Counted from the first letter of the stretch, positions 29,601-39,384 are shown. The stretch: DNA of 64,000 bases from Flavobacteriales bacterium (GCA_040377305.1 JBEIPA010000007.1:1-64000), one strand, 5' to 3'. Notes: generated by a model from the letters alone, not told the origin. Numbers and translations are program-made.

Positions 29601-30323
29601 GAGAGCGGAAGTTTCTCTATGCAAAAATGATATCAGGAAACATGTGCCCAGCAGTGTAAGCAGGATGTTCATTACAATCTGAAATACGGAAAGACCGGTG
29701 TTTCCTTCCTGTTTGAAGACGAGTGAGAACAGATAGCTTCCATCCGACGCATGCACACTGCTTGTTGAGGAAGGGGTCTCAACTTCAATTTCCGTTTCAG
29801 GCGGCATTCGGAATCCATTCGCGAATGAATTCACGAGATATTGATTCTCGTACGGATACTCGTTCTTGATGAGAAGCAAACCCACGAACGTCCTTCCGGT
29901 GTTGTCAGTTTTGAGAATAGTCTCAAACCAGCCGTTCCGTAAACGCGTCATTCGCTGATCGAGACAAACTTCCTGCATGTAATTTTCAACAGCTGCAGAA
30001 TTGTCGGACCAATATTTCAGTGTATCACCCTGATAGATGAGCAACACAATTCCTTCATCGCGGTAAGGATGCTCTGCGTGATGATCTTCCAGGAAAATCT
30101 GGTTGTAAGTTTTGCCCTGCGATTGAAGCACGAGCGAATCGAGTTCATCCTGCAAATGCTTTTCCTTCTCGTGAAGCGTGGAGATGAAACTGTCGATACC
30201 CGGTGCGCCCCCGCTATCGGTGCTGATCGAGATAAAGTAAGCACTGAGCAGGCATATCACGCCGGCAATCAATGTACTAAACCGCGATTTAAAAAGGGAT
30301 TGCACCCGGGCAGCAAAACTCAT
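26604..30323 (-). CDS. Large multi-TM sensor histidine kinase (HAMP-HisKA-HATPase, NtrY-like core)
   Basis: DEIGALVQEYN, AWREMAKQVAHEIKNPLTP, NNLFRNAIQA, DNGTGI, FTTKSTGMGLGL. Confidence 0.93.
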   Translation of the reverse strand: MSFAARVQSLFKSRFSTLIAGVICLLSAYFISISTDSGGAPGIDSFISTLHEKEKHLQDELDSLVLQSQGKTYNQIFLEDHHAEHPYRDEGIVLLIYQGDTLKYWSDNSAAVENYMQEVCLDQRMTRLRNGWFETILKTDNTGRTFVGLLLIKNEYPYENQYLVNSFANGFRMPPETEIEVETPSSTSSVHASDGSYLFSLVFKQEGNTGLSVFQIVMNILLTLLGTCFLISFLHRETSALEQQLGARWPAVIFIGAIILLRWLTILIHYPSAFYDLPLFSPLHYGDAESFWNPNLGDFLINVALFFYLSVYANAQLKKHPVKLEGTPVRKNIIATLLLAIPSVVAWGINSAISGLVQNSDISFQVNNLFSLSVYSYTGIFMIALMLAAFFLIAESILWVLESGMKKRTEKLVPLLISTAIVVGIHHLFGSVDGLAILWPPAVIFVLMLRNTDAEGESFSFSIIVFLVLLFSFYTTHMLLKQSMHKEHDSRVVFAEKIAAEQDPIAELLYSEIDDKIATDTQLIALTQGGTQDFGLFEKTIRQQYFSGYWDKYEVKVTFFDTMCTPLLRSSSAWSDNILHFEDMCTNMGVPTLSDGFYYLDNGTGRISYLAHIVMQYPDHKTHLGQGTLFVEFDSKLMSEEIGFPELLLDRELGLNQKLLNYSYGKYKNGQLINQAGEYQYSLSTEFLAVNGIYEYSSTEGWDHLVYRPDDSTVVLLSKPEEGWLGKTTSFSYIFAFFSLLLIVSVFLRQLVIQGPTFSNLTFKYRIQLVLVMIVLVSLGLFGGGSIYYIRQQYQTKNAEIISEKAHSIVIEIEGKLQDDVLTPSYRDYATYLLKKFSNVFFTDINLYDLEGNLYASSRPKVFEQGLASRKMNPDAYSEISIRKKSEFIHDENIGNLAYLSAYLPVKNREGELQAYLNIPYFAKQNDLEKEISTFMVALINVYVFLFALAVLAAIFISNYLTHPLRLIQDKMRQVKLGKNDPIEWKNKDEIGALVQEYNRMILELSNSAELLAQSERESAWREMAKQVAHEIKNPLTPMRLSIQLLERAYKDKAPDIDQKVERLSRTVVEQIDTLASIASAFADFAKMPKPVLETMDLRTVVHNTLELFYENDEGVEFVCRDEVKGEMIISGDREQLPRVFNNLFRNAIQAIPSDRKGKVEIALSKQGNHFIVAVKDNGTGISDEVIDKIFVPNFTTKSTGMGLGLAMVKNIVEGCGGMIWFETAKDKGSSFFVSFDEQ

Positions 30324-30399
30324 TCAAACAAATTTAACTATTGAATTGACAGCAAGAGGGTATGTAGCGGGGCGATAGCCGAAAATATCATGCCATAAT

Positions 30400-30533
30400 C
30401 AGTAGGCAGTAGGGCAGTGGGCAGTAGGCAGTTAGGGGTTCAGGTAATAACAGATTCTTCTAGAGAAATTGCCTGAGGCTGTGGACCAAATTTTGTTTTG
30501 ACTGCCAACTGAACGACTGCCAGACTGCCTACT
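30400..30533. repeat. CAGTAGG-family heptamer inverted element between divergent genes
   Basis: cagtaggcagtagggcagtgggcagtaggcagt ... gactgccaactgaacgactgccagactgcctact. Confidence 0.8.
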
Positions 30534-30553
30534 TTTTCTTAGCTTCGCTACCT

Positions 30554-33070
30554 ATGGCAAAGCGCGTTACCCCGCTGAAGGCTTCAGGGACAACTTCCAA
30601 ATCCGGCACTAAATTCACTCAGCTTCCGAACCTGGGTTCGAATGGCTATCTCTTCCTGCGTCAATTTTGGGTGCAGGCTATCGCAATTGTTGCAATTGCT
30701 GTGGTGTTCAATGCAAATTCGTGGCAGAACGAGTATGCGCTTGACGACGACATCGTTATGCGCCAGAACGTCTACGTGCAAAAAGGCGTTTCGGGCATAA
30801 GTGAAATCATGGGCAACGATGCCTACAAGAGCTTCTACCAGAGTATGGGTGTAGAACAGCAGCTCTCGGGTGGTCGTTATCGTCCATTATCAATTGTCAC
30901 TTTCGCCATTGAGCAATCCATGTTCGGTGAATGTTACGGAGAACGTTTCGAGGAAGTCCGCGATTCGCTCTTTAACATGCAGAAGCAGGGAATTTCAGAT
31001 ATCGGAAGTCAGTCGCGACTCATTGGAGAGAAGAATGTGCTCGAACTGCAGATCAAGGAGTCAAATATGGCACTCGCTCCTTACCGGCACATCTTCCAGA
31101 TCTTTTGGTTCGCATTATCAATGATCGTGCTGTTGCAGTTTCTGCGCAATCACGTCTTCCGTTCGAATACAGACATTGCATTCCTCACCACAATCCTGTT
31201 TGTCATTCACCCGATTCACACCGAGGTTATTGCCAACGTGAAATCGCGCGATGAAATTTTCTCTTTGATGTTCATCGTGCTCACGCTGGGAGAATTCCTC
31301 TGGTACGATGTGCGGCGAAAATCAAAACACCTGATATTGGGTTGCGTTTGGTGGCTGCTGGCATTGTTGTCGAAAGAATATGCCGCACTTCTATTGGTGC
31401 TGATTCCGATCTCGCTCATGGTATTCCACAAGCGTAAACTGAGTGATCTGACTTACCTCGCGTTACCTATCGGAGGAATGATGTTGCTCTACCTCATGAT
31501 TCGTGCCGGCACTGTCGGCTTCCACGGTCAACCTATCTCGAAATCAAATCAGGATCCACTGAACGATCCGTATATGTTTGCGAAGGGCCCACAGAAGTTC
31601 CTCTCGAAACTCAACCGACTCGACGATTACATCTGGTTGCTCATTTGTCCGTTCCCATTGGCGGCGGATTACTCGTATCAACACTTCCCATATTCTGGTC
31701 TCGATGATCCGTGGGTGTACCTTTCATTGTTCACGATGCTAGGCTTGTTTGCTCTCACCGTTTATCTGTGGATCAAACGGCACGTGCTTGCGTTTGCCTT
31801 GTTATTCTTCTGGGCGTTCTTCATGCTCATCAACAACATGTTGTTCGACATTGGAGCAACAATGGGTGAACGATTAATTTATCACTCCTCGCTCGGCTTC
31901 TGCATGTGTGCCGGCTGGGGAATTGTCTGGCTTGCAGAGAAACTTCAGGAACAGCAACGGAAATTCCTGGTAACGTTTATTGTCGTTGCGCTTACAATTC
32001 CTGCATTGATAATCACGTTGCAGCGAAACCGCGAGTGGAAAAATGACGAAACACTTTTCATCGCCGATGTACAGAAACATCCGGAGAGTGCGCTGTGTAA
32101 TGGTAATGCCGGTGCTCGTTTTATGGACCGCGGACTGAAATACCTCAACGATTCTACCATGCAGGATTCGGTGAACTATTATGCCGATACCGCGATATTC
32201 TATCTCGACAAAGCGGTGAAATTACATCCGCGTTATGCGAACGGCTGGCTGAACCTCGGCTTGTGTTATTACAACAAGAAAGATTACGAGCAGGCAGCCT
32301 ACTCGTGGGAGAAAGTGTACGGCATTTTCCCGTCGAACCCGATTCTTCAGAGCTACGCACAGATGCTGATTGCTTCGGCGAATCAGCGCGCGATGGTCAA
32401 AGATTATGCAGGCGCTTCCATGTTCTATAATTACGGTTTGCGGGCCTATCCTGCCGACAGTAAAATTTGGGCAGACTACGCAGGCTCAAGCTTCATGGCA
32501 CAAAAATTTGATCAGGCGCAACACGCATTCGATCAGGCTTACCAACGCACGACAGATCAGGCGCTGAAAGACAATCTGGCGCAAGGTTATCGTGCGGCAC
32601 ATTACAACGACAGTGTGCAACGTTTGTGGCTGAGCGATTCACTGAATCCGAATTACAACATGGCCGTAGTGAGAGGAATCATTGGCACACCCGATTTCTA
32701 TGCGCAGGCACATCGCAACCTCGATCGTGTTTTAGCAGTACAACCAGAGAATATCGAAGCGAAACGTTTGCTCGACAGCGTCATCGGGTTGGAGAAAAAA
32801 GCTCTGGCCGCAAAGCAGATTGTGGTCGACTCCAGTAAGATTTCCATGGATGCGCCAGTTGTACCGCCCGTAAATAATGTAGATACTGCGGCACTGAGCA
32901 AGACGAACCAGGCCAATGCTCCGATAGCAGATCCTGTAGATCTTGAGACCGACAAGACGACGACTTACCTCATTTTCTCTTGTTTCCTGGCACTTCTGCT
33001 TGGCGGAACTATATTCTGGGTGCATTGGCAAGACTCAAAAGATCCGCTGCGAACACTTAGTCTGCAGTAA
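30554..33070 (+). CDS. TMTC-like (DUF1736) GT-C membrane protein with TPR repeats
   Basis: NEYALDD, RYRPLS, LFVIHPIHTEVIANVKSRDE, ALLSKE, PLAADYS, GERLIY, RNREWKNDETLF, then TPRs and an extra C-terminal TM. Confidence 0.85.
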   Translation: MAKRVTPLKASGTTSKSGTKFTQLPNLGSNGYLFLRQFWVQAIAIVAIAVVFNANSWQNEYALDDDIVMRQNVYVQKGVSGISEIMGNDAYKSFYQSMGVEQQLSGGRYRPLSIVTFAIEQSMFGECYGERFEEVRDSLFNMQKQGISDIGSQSRLIGEKNVLELQIKESNMALAPYRHIFQIFWFALSMIVLLQFLRNHVFRSNTDIAFLTTILFVIHPIHTEVIANVKSRDEIFSLMFIVLTLGEFLWYDVRRKSKHLILGCVWWLLALLSKEYAALLLVLIPISLMVFHKRKLSDLTYLALPIGGMMLLYLMIRAGTVGFHGQPISKSNQDPLNDPYMFAKGPQKFLSKLNRLDDYIWLLICPFPLAADYSYQHFPYSGLDDPWVYLSLFTMLGLFALTVYLWIKRHVLAFALLFFWAFFMLINNMLFDIGATMGERLIYHSSLGFCMCAGWGIVWLAEKLQEQQRKFLVTFIVVALTIPALIITLQRNREWKNDETLFIADVQKHPESALCNGNAGARFMDRGLKYLNDSTMQDSVNYYADTAIFYLDKAVKLHPRYANGWLNLGLCYYNKKDYEQAAYSWEKVYGIFPSNPILQSYAQMLIASANQRAMVKDYAGASMFYNYGLRAYPADSKIWADYAGSSFMAQKFDQAQHAFDQAYQRTTDQALKDNLAQGYRAAHYNDSVQRLWLSDSLNPNYNMAVVRGIIGTPDFYAQAHRNLDRVLAVQPENIEAKRLLDSVIGLEKKALAAKQIVVDSSKISMDAPVVPPVNNVDTAALSKTNQANAPIADPVDLETDKTTTYLIFSCFLALLLGGTIFWVHWQDSKDPLRTLSLQ

Positions 33071-33193
33071 ATAGTGCAGCAGTAAGTGTGTAAACAAGAA
33101 CTATTTCGCAAGTCGATCGGACGCGCACTTCGCTCTGAAATAGACGAATAGGCGCTTTGACTGCCGACTGCGGGACTGCACTACTGCCAACTG
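33062..33193. repeat. CAGTAGG-family heptamer element (degenerate)
   Basis: ctgcagtaaatagtgcagcagt ... gactgccgactgcgggactgcactactgccaactg. Confidence 0.65.
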
Positions 33194-33275
33194 GTAACAA
33201 AGTCGTGTTGAAAATTCCATAACCCCCCGGTAACTTTCAAAAAGGGCATTGCGTTACATTTGTAACAGAATCATT

Positions 33276-33551
33276 ATGGCATTTCGGGAAGATCTTCTCA
33301 AAAAGTACTTTGCTAAGGCAGATATCGGTGGAACACCGAGTATCAATGACCTGCGCGACCGTGAATTTAACGGGGAAGCGCTCTCTGCCGATGAGCAGTT
33401 GGCGTTGAGAACCTTTGACCGATACAGAATCGAACAATTGAACGGAATTTCTGACGATAAAGAATTCCATGAGCGTTACCGCCAATTGCAGGTAATGGCC
33501 AACCTCGGCGACTGGAGAGACTTCCTCAACATCGCGGGCGACAACAACTAA
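33276..33551 (+). CDS. Small hypothetical protein (91 aa)
   Basis: MAFREDLLKK...; TACATTTG -7 element at 33255. Confidence 0.75.
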   Translation: MAFREDLLKKYFAKADIGGTPSINDLRDREFNGEALSADEQLALRTFDRYRIEQLNGISDDKEFHERYRQLQVMANLGDWRDFLNIAGDNN

Positions 33552-33611
33552 TTCCCCCTTTCTTTTTTTTCTTTGCCGGGTCTCTATCACGTGTGATAGG
33601 GATTTTATACC

Positions 33612-33753
33612 AGTAGGCAGTAGGCAGTAGTGCAGTAGGCAGTGAGAACAACGGCGTCTTTTTAGAATGTAACACAAAAAAAAGGATCGCGACTAACGAT
33701 CCTTTTCCTTTATTTTTTTGACTGCCAACTGCACTACTGCCTACTGCCTACTG
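33612..33753. repeat. CAGTAGG-family inverted element enclosing a terminator-like hairpin
   Basis: 33-bp arms with one mismatch; inner aaaaggatcg-cgactaa-cgatcctttt. Confidence 0.85.
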
Positions 33754-33754
33754 T

Positions 33755-34273
33755 TTAATGGTGGTGTCCACCCGGTCCATGCACATGTCCGTGATCAAGT
33801 TCTTCTTTAGATGCTTCACGCACCTCAAGTACTTCTCCGGCGAAATGCAGTTCTTTTCCTGCAAGCGGGTGATTGAAATCCATCTTGATATTACTCAAAC
33901 CGATTTCAATTACTTTTCCCCACAAACGGTGTCCTTCGTTGTCGACCATCGGAACATTTTTTCCGAGCGCAATCATTTCTGTGTCGAGCTTTCCTGACTG
34001 ATCAAGAAAATTTTCGATCGGAAGATTTACAATATGATCTTCCTGATATTCGCCGTAACCGCTAGCTGCGTTAACGCGAAAATCAAAAGTATCTCCAGCC
34101 TTTTTGCCTTTCAGGTTTGCTTCGAAATCAGGAAGCAATTGACCTGCGCCAATCAAGAACACAAATGGATCTTCAGTAGAAGTTTTTTCGATGGTGATTT
34201 CTGCTCCCCCGTTTTCTCCGGGAACAGTGAGATGGTAATTCACCGATACCACTTGTTTTTCTGTGATTGTCAT
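33755..34273 (-). CDS. slyD: FKBP-type peptidyl-prolyl isomerase SlyD
   Basis: FLIGAGQLLPDFE, GYGE, DFNHPLAGKELHF, His-rich tail HGHVHGPGGHHH; TAACTTTG upstream at 34296. Confidence 0.93.
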   Translation of the reverse strand: MTITEKQVVSVNYHLTVPGENGGAEITIEKTSTEDPFVFLIGAGQLLPDFEANLKGKKAGDTFDFRVNAASGYGEYQEDHIVNLPIENFLDQSGKLDTEMIALGKNVPMVDNEGHRLWGKVIEIGLSNIKMDFNHPLAGKELHFAGEVLEVREASKEELDHGHVHGPGGHHH

Positions 34274-34369
34274 GCGACGATTTTTTTATGGTCGACAAAG
34301 TTACGGTTTACCTGCTCACAACGTCACATGGTCTACGTGAAAATGTCGAGATCACTGCTGACCTTAAAT

Positions 34370-34420
34370 AATTCCGTGATTCCGCGATTCCGGATTTCGA
34401 AATCACGGAATTCGGAATGA
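34370..34420. repeat. Short-period palindromic tract
   Basis: aattccgtgatt...aatcacggaatt with ttccgNga subrepeats. Confidence 0.55.
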
Positions 34421-34502
34421 TTTCGGACGTAGTTTAAATGCTTGGTTCAGTGATACTGTGTCCCGATCTCTTTACCTTCGGACTAGTAACACATCAGCAT
34501 TT

Positions 34503-35660
34503 ATGCCCGAATTCAAAGGATCAATCAGCTCCAAACTGCCTCGCGTAGGCACAACCATTTTCACCGTTATGTCTAAAATGGCGGCGGAACACAAGGCTAT
34601 TAATCTCTCACAAGGATTTCCTGACTTTGATTGTCCGCCGAAACTGATTGAGCTCGTGACGAAAGCAATGAAAGCCGGACACAACCAGTATGCTCCAATG
34701 CCGGGCGTGCTCGCGTTGCGCGAAGCAATTGCAGAGAAAACCGAAGCACTGTACGGAACAAAATATGATCCTGAAACGGAAGTTACCGTTACGGCTGGTG
34801 CAACACAGGCAATCTATACTGCAATTGGTGCTGTGATCCGTGAAGGAGATGAAGTGATCATTTTCGAGCCTGCATACGATTGTTACGAACCCGCAGTGGA
34901 ACTGAACGGCGGAACACCTGTTTTCGTTTCATTGAAAGCGCCGAACTATAACATCGATTGGAATGAAGTGAAGAAGCTGATCAATCACCGCACAAAGATG
35001 ATCATCATCAACACGCCGCATAATCCAACTGGTGCAGTAATGAGTGCTGATGATATGAAGCAGCTCGACAAACTCACGAAGAATTCCGACATCATTGTGC
35101 TTTCCGATGAAGTATACGAACACATTCTCTTCGACGGACGAACTCATGAAAGTGTTTCGAAGTATCCGGATCTTGCCGGTAGAAGTTTTATCGTGTCTTC
35201 ATTCGGAAAAACATTTCACACCACCGGGTGGAAGCTCGGTTATTGTGTGGCGCCAAAGCAATTGATGACTGAGTTTCGCAAGGTGCACCAGTTTCTGGTG
35301 TTCTCCTGCAACACGGCAATGCAGGTTGCTTGCGCAGAATTTCTGCAGGACAAAGATCACTACCTCGGTCTCGGACAATTTTATCAGGAGAAGCGCGATT
35401 ACTTTGTAAACCTCGTAAAAGGTTCCCGTTTTTCAATGGTGACTGCTCCGGGAACATACTTTCAACTGCTCCAATACAACAGTATTTCACAGGAGAAAGA
35501 CACAGATTTCGCTGTGCGTGTTCTGAAAGAGAACGGTGTAGCGGCAATTCCGATTTCCGTGTTCTACCACAAACCTGTTTACGATTACATGCTGCGTTTC
35601 TGTTTCGCGAAGAAAAATGAAACGCTTGAAAAAGCTGCAGAAGTGCTTTGTAAAGTTTAA
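34503..35660 (+). CDS. ybdL: Methionine aminotransferase (class I/II PLP)
   Basis: SKLPRVGTTIFTVMS, INLSQGFPDF, NTPHNPTG, SDEVYEH, SFGKTFHTTGWKLGY, RFCFAK. Confidence 0.92.
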   Translation: MPEFKGSISSKLPRVGTTIFTVMSKMAAEHKAINLSQGFPDFDCPPKLIELVTKAMKAGHNQYAPMPGVLALREAIAEKTEALYGTKYDPETEVTVTAGATQAIYTAIGAVIREGDEVIIFEPAYDCYEPAVELNGGTPVFVSLKAPNYNIDWNEVKKLINHRTKMIIINTPHNPTGAVMSADDMKQLDKLTKNSDIIVLSDEVYEHILFDGRTHESVSKYPDLAGRSFIVSSFGKTFHTTGWKLGYCVAPKQLMTEFRKVHQFLVFSCNTAMQVACAEFLQDKDHYLGLGQFYQEKRDYFVNLVKGSRFSMVTAPGTYFQLLQYNSISQEKDTDFAVRVLKENGVAAIPISVFYHKPVYDYMLRFCFAKKNETLEKAAEVLCKV

Positions 35661-35731
35661 AACCAGGGTTTAACCGCCGCGTCACATTTTTACGGCGCGC
35701 CGCCGCGATAAAATTTGTTGTACGTTTGATT

Positions 35732-36718
35732 ATGGCTTCTCCTCGCGCATTTTTTCTTTCACTGCTCCTGCTGATTTCCTTTGTAGTGAATTCACAAACT
35801 GATTCGCTCGTAAATGATTCTCTGTCTGCGGATGAGGAAGTCGTGCGAAAAGACACCGTGAAAGTGGGCGTGTACATCACTTCCATTTACTCGCTTGGAT
35901 TTGCAGAGAACGATTTCGGAATTGACTTCTGGGTTTGGTTCGTACATAAAGATCCGAATACTGATCCGAAGGAAACCATGGAAATATTCAATTCGGAAAG
36001 TCAGATTTTCGAATACGGAACCAATGAAGAAAAAGGCGATTACATGTGGTCCGTGCAGAAGTGCCGCGCTATGATCAAAAAGAATTGGGAGATTTCCCGC
36101 TTCCCGCTCGACGATCAAACGCTTGACGTTATTCTCGAAGAAACGGATCGCGATACTTCTGAGCTGGTATATATCGCCGACGTAGAAAATTCCAAGATCG
36201 ATCCTTCGGTTGATCTGAGCGGATGGACCGTAACCGAGTTTGACGTAATTCCCCTGGTAAAATCGTACAACACCACGTACGGCGACCCTACACTCACCGG
36301 CGAAAGTTCGTATGCCCGTCTCCAGTTCACTACAAAAATTACACGCGAAAGCGGACGAATTTTTCTGAAGCTCTTCCTCGGATTATACGTCGCGTTTCTG
36401 ATCGCACTTGCGGTGTTCTTCCTTGATGGTTCTGAAATCGGTGCACGTACATCGCTCGCCGTTGGTGCTTTGTTCGCTGCAGTTGGTAACAAGTACATTG
36501 TCGATTCATCCATGCCCGATCATACTTCGTTCACGGTGGTCGACAAAATTCACAATCTTACTTTCGCTTTGATTTTCATGAGTATTGTGTTCAACGTAAT
36601 TTCGAACGCATCATTCCGAAAAGGGAAAGCACAACTCGGACGACGAATTGACTACGGTGCATTCGTGTTCCTGATGCTTGCATACATCGTCGGCCATTTC
36701 TTCATAGTTTCAGATTAA
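35732..36718 (+). CDS. Prokaryotic pentameric ligand-gated ion channel (GLIC/ELIC-like) homologue
   Basis: Signal peptide; VKVGVYITSI..DFWVWF; RFPLDDQTL Pro-loop; LSGW; TRES pre-M1; four TMs with ARTSLAVGALFAAV (M2) and MP..SFTVVD (M2-M3). Confidence 0.78.
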   Translation: MASPRAFFLSLLLLISFVVNSQTDSLVNDSLSADEEVVRKDTVKVGVYITSIYSLGFAENDFGIDFWVWFVHKDPNTDPKETMEIFNSESQIFEYGTNEEKGDYMWSVQKCRAMIKKNWEISRFPLDDQTLDVILEETDRDTSELVYIADVENSKIDPSVDLSGWTVTEFDVIPLVKSYNTTYGDPTLTGESSYARLQFTTKITRESGRIFLKLFLGLYVAFLIALAVFFLDGSEIGARTSLAVGALFAAVGNKYIVDSSMPDHTSFTVVDKIHNLTFALIFMSIVFNVISNASFRKGKAQLGRRIDYGAFVFLMLAYIVGHFFIVSD

Positions 36719-36723
36719 TCGCA

Positions 36724-37533
36724 ATGAATCCTGATTATCTCAACGTCGCAGCTATACAAACTTCTCTTCATTGGGAAGACAAAGAAGCTAATCTCCACAT
36801 GCTTGGAGAAAAGATCCGTCCATTTTCAGATCCTGTAGATGTTTTCATTCTGCCGGAGATGTTCACCACAGGTTTCAGTATGCGCGCGGAAAAATTCGCT
36901 GAGCCAATGGATGGTCCCACGCACTCGTGGATGCGCGAACTGGCGAAACTGAAAAACGCTGCGATCACAGGAAGCTTCATTGTGAAAGATGGAAGCAACT
37001 ACTTCAATCGGATGCTTTGGGTGAATCCCGATGGAAGTACGGTTCATTACGACAAGCGTCATCTCTTTCGCATGGGACAGGAAGATCAGCATTACGGAGT
37101 AGGAGAGAAGCGTGTGATTGTCGAGTACAATGGATGGAAAATCTGTCTGCAGGTTTGCTACGATCTTCGTTTTCCGGTGTGGTCAAGAAATCGCTACAGC
37201 CATGAAGAGGGGAAGATGGTAGCAGAATACGATACGCTCATCTACGTTGCGAATTGGCCCGAGCGCCGTTCTCATCCCTGGAAAACTTTGCTGATGGCGC
37301 GCGCAATTGAAAATGCTTGCTATGTGGTTGGTGTCAATCGGGTGGGAAATGATGGCAACTTTATCTATCACTCCGGCGATACTGCGGTATACGATTTCAA
37401 AGGAGCACTGGTAACCGGAGCTATGATTTCTACAGAGGAAATTATCACCGCACGTTTATCGAAACAAGACTTGCGTGATTATCGGAAAGCGTTTCCGGTG
37501 GGGCTTGATGCTGATCACTTCGAAATTCAGTAG
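36724..37533 (+). CDS. yafV: Omega-amidase (nitrilase family)
   Basis: LPEMFTTGF, YDKRHLF, VCYDLRFPVWSRN, ANWP, ARAIEN. Confidence 0.9.
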   Translation: MNPDYLNVAAIQTSLHWEDKEANLHMLGEKIRPFSDPVDVFILPEMFTTGFSMRAEKFAEPMDGPTHSWMRELAKLKNAAITGSFIVKDGSNYFNRMLWVNPDGSTVHYDKRHLFRMGQEDQHYGVGEKRVIVEYNGWKICLQVCYDLRFPVWSRNRYSHEEGKMVAEYDTLIYVANWPERRSHPWKTLLMARAIENACYVVGVNRVGNDGNFIYHSGDTAVYDFKGALVTGAMISTEEIITARLSKQDLRDYRKAFPVGLDADHFEIQ

Positions 37534-37734
37534 GCAGTCTGGCAGTAGTGCAGTAGGCAGTCTGGCAGTAGTGCAGTAGGCAGTCTCTAGTTAGTGTAAT
37601 AACGGAAACTATAATCGAAGACGGGATAGTTTATCATGCCGTTCATGGCTGGTTTGAAGGGAATTTGTTGTCGCACGAATTTAGGAAGACCATTTTTTTG
37701 ACTGCCGACTGCACTACTGCCAGACTGCCTACTG
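37528..37734. repeat. CAGTAGG-family inverted element spanning both stop codons of convergent genes
   Basis: Left arm has 21-bp tandem units; right arm 37700-37734 is its reverse complement over 35 bp with one mismatch. Confidence 0.9.
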
Positions 37735-39384
37735 TAAGATCCACTCAATATCCATATCCCAGCCCGCTCTCACTTTCACACTCACTGCATAGTAGATCAC
37801 TTTCTCCGGCTGTTTTTTGTTGAGATAATTTCCCGGTGTGAATTTTCCGTTGCCATCTTCATCGCGCACTAAGCGTACCCGATAATTTCCTGCTGCCATC
37901 GTTCCAAACTGAATTTCCGCGGGACCGTTGATCACCGTATCGCGCACCACATTGTCTTTGTCATCTACAACTTCCACGAGATATTTTCCCGCTTCCAGAC
38001 TCGGCATTTTCACCGACAGATTTCCGAAAGAGCGCGAAGCATTCACGGTGAAAGACATTCGCAGCGTATCGTTCTTCTGTCCGAATACGTCTTTAATTGC
38101 TCCCGGAGGAATGTACAAGGAGAACGCGCTGTCTTCCGGAAATGGAATGTTGAATAGAATCGTTCTGGAATATGCCGTGTGCTGAATATTCTTGCGAACT
38201 GTATCGCGACCCATTTTCAGAATGATCTTCGAAGTATCGAGTGTGAAAATCGGATTCGTAGATCTTAGCGTGTATTGCATGCCAGGCAAAAGCTTTCCAA
38301 CCGCGTTCGAAGTAATAACCAATGCACGGGGATCTTGTGCACCCGCACGTGCAGGCTTCTTCGTTACTTTCTGCATGCGCATTGGAATTGTGTCAAGTAC
38401 TTCGTCACCGCTCTTAGTAATGAAAGTCATCGAATCCAGCTCGACCGAGGAAAACCAAATGTTTACACTGTCTTTTCCGACGTTGTATTCTTCGAAGGGC
38501 TTCATCGTTGGTGGAAGCGGATCGAGATAGGTTACTGAGAAATTCTCAACCGGCTGATTATACACAAAACGGAAACGTCCCGCTCCAGGTTGTTCTGCTC
38601 TTGCGAGAAATTGTTTCGGTGATTTCTCACGGAACATCATCAAGCGAACAGAATCGCGATCGGCAGTAAGATTGATCAACGAATCTGTAAATGCAATCCG
38701 TTCGTCCGGCGTGTTGTACAGATAATCTTCGCCCTGATCATCGAGCGCAAATAGTTTGTACGATGATGCAGCAAGATTCGTGATCTCGTAATTTCCGTTG
38801 TCATCTGTGCGCGTGTAGTAGTACGGTTTCTGTTTGTAGATCACAGAATCTTTGGTGTCGCGGTACAACATTACGAGCACATTTTTCTCGCCACGCAATG
38901 TTTGCGCATTCACAACGGTTCCGCTCAGTTTCAGTGAATCAATAAATGGTCCCGTTGAAAACACAAACCGGAAATTATTCAGCGTGTTAGTCTCAGTGAT
39001 ATCACGAATTGCTTTTCCGAAACTGATCGAGTACGTTGTATTCGGCTCCAGCGAATCTTTGAATTCAATGATGAGATCTTTCTTGCGAATACTCACTTCC
39101 GGTTTGCGCTTTACCGACGGAGAAATGATCATTTGCTTGTTCAGTTCATTCAGCGAAATGTATTCATCAAACGTGATGACGATTTTCTTGCCGGTGAAAT
39201 TTGTCGCAGCACTATCCGGAGTGCAGCTCACAACACGTGGTGGCGTAGCATCTTTGGGACCGCCGTCCGGTGTTACAATCTGCGCGCAACCCAGCATCAA
39301 TGCGCAATACGCAATAGCCAATACGTAATAAGGCCACAACCTTTGCGCATTGCGTATTGATGATTGCGCATTGTCAAAGTTCAT
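37729..39384 (-). CDS. Ig-like (Big_5) domain lipoprotein
   Basis: Lipobox LMLGC, AQIVTPDGGPKDATPP, ITFDEYI, TTYSISFG, FVFSTG, DEDGNGKF. Confidence 0.85.
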   Translation of the reverse strand: MNFDNAQSSIRNAQRLWPYYVLAIAYCALMLGCAQIVTPDGGPKDATPPRVVSCTPDSAATNFTGKKIVITFDEYISLNELNKQMIISPSVKRKPEVSIRKKDLIIEFKDSLEPNTTYSISFGKAIRDITETNTLNNFRFVFSTGPFIDSLKLSGTVVNAQTLRGEKNVLVMLYRDTKDSVIYKQKPYYYTRTDDNGNYEITNLAASSYKLFALDDQGEDYLYNTPDERIAFTDSLINLTADRDSVRLMMFREKSPKQFLARAEQPGAGRFRFVYNQPVENFSVTYLDPLPPTMKPFEEYNVGKDSVNIWFSSVELDSMTFITKSGDEVLDTIPMRMQKVTKKPARAGAQDPRALVITSNAVGKLLPGMQYTLRSTNPIFTLDTSKIILKMGRDTVRKNIQHTAYSRTILFNIPFPEDSAFSLYIPPGAIKDVFGQKNDTLRMSFTVNASRSFGNLSVKMPSLEAGKYLVEVVDDKDNVVRDTVINGPAEIQFGTMAAGNYRVRLVRDEDGNGKFTPGNYLNKKQPEKVIYYAVSVKVRAGWDMDIEWILQ

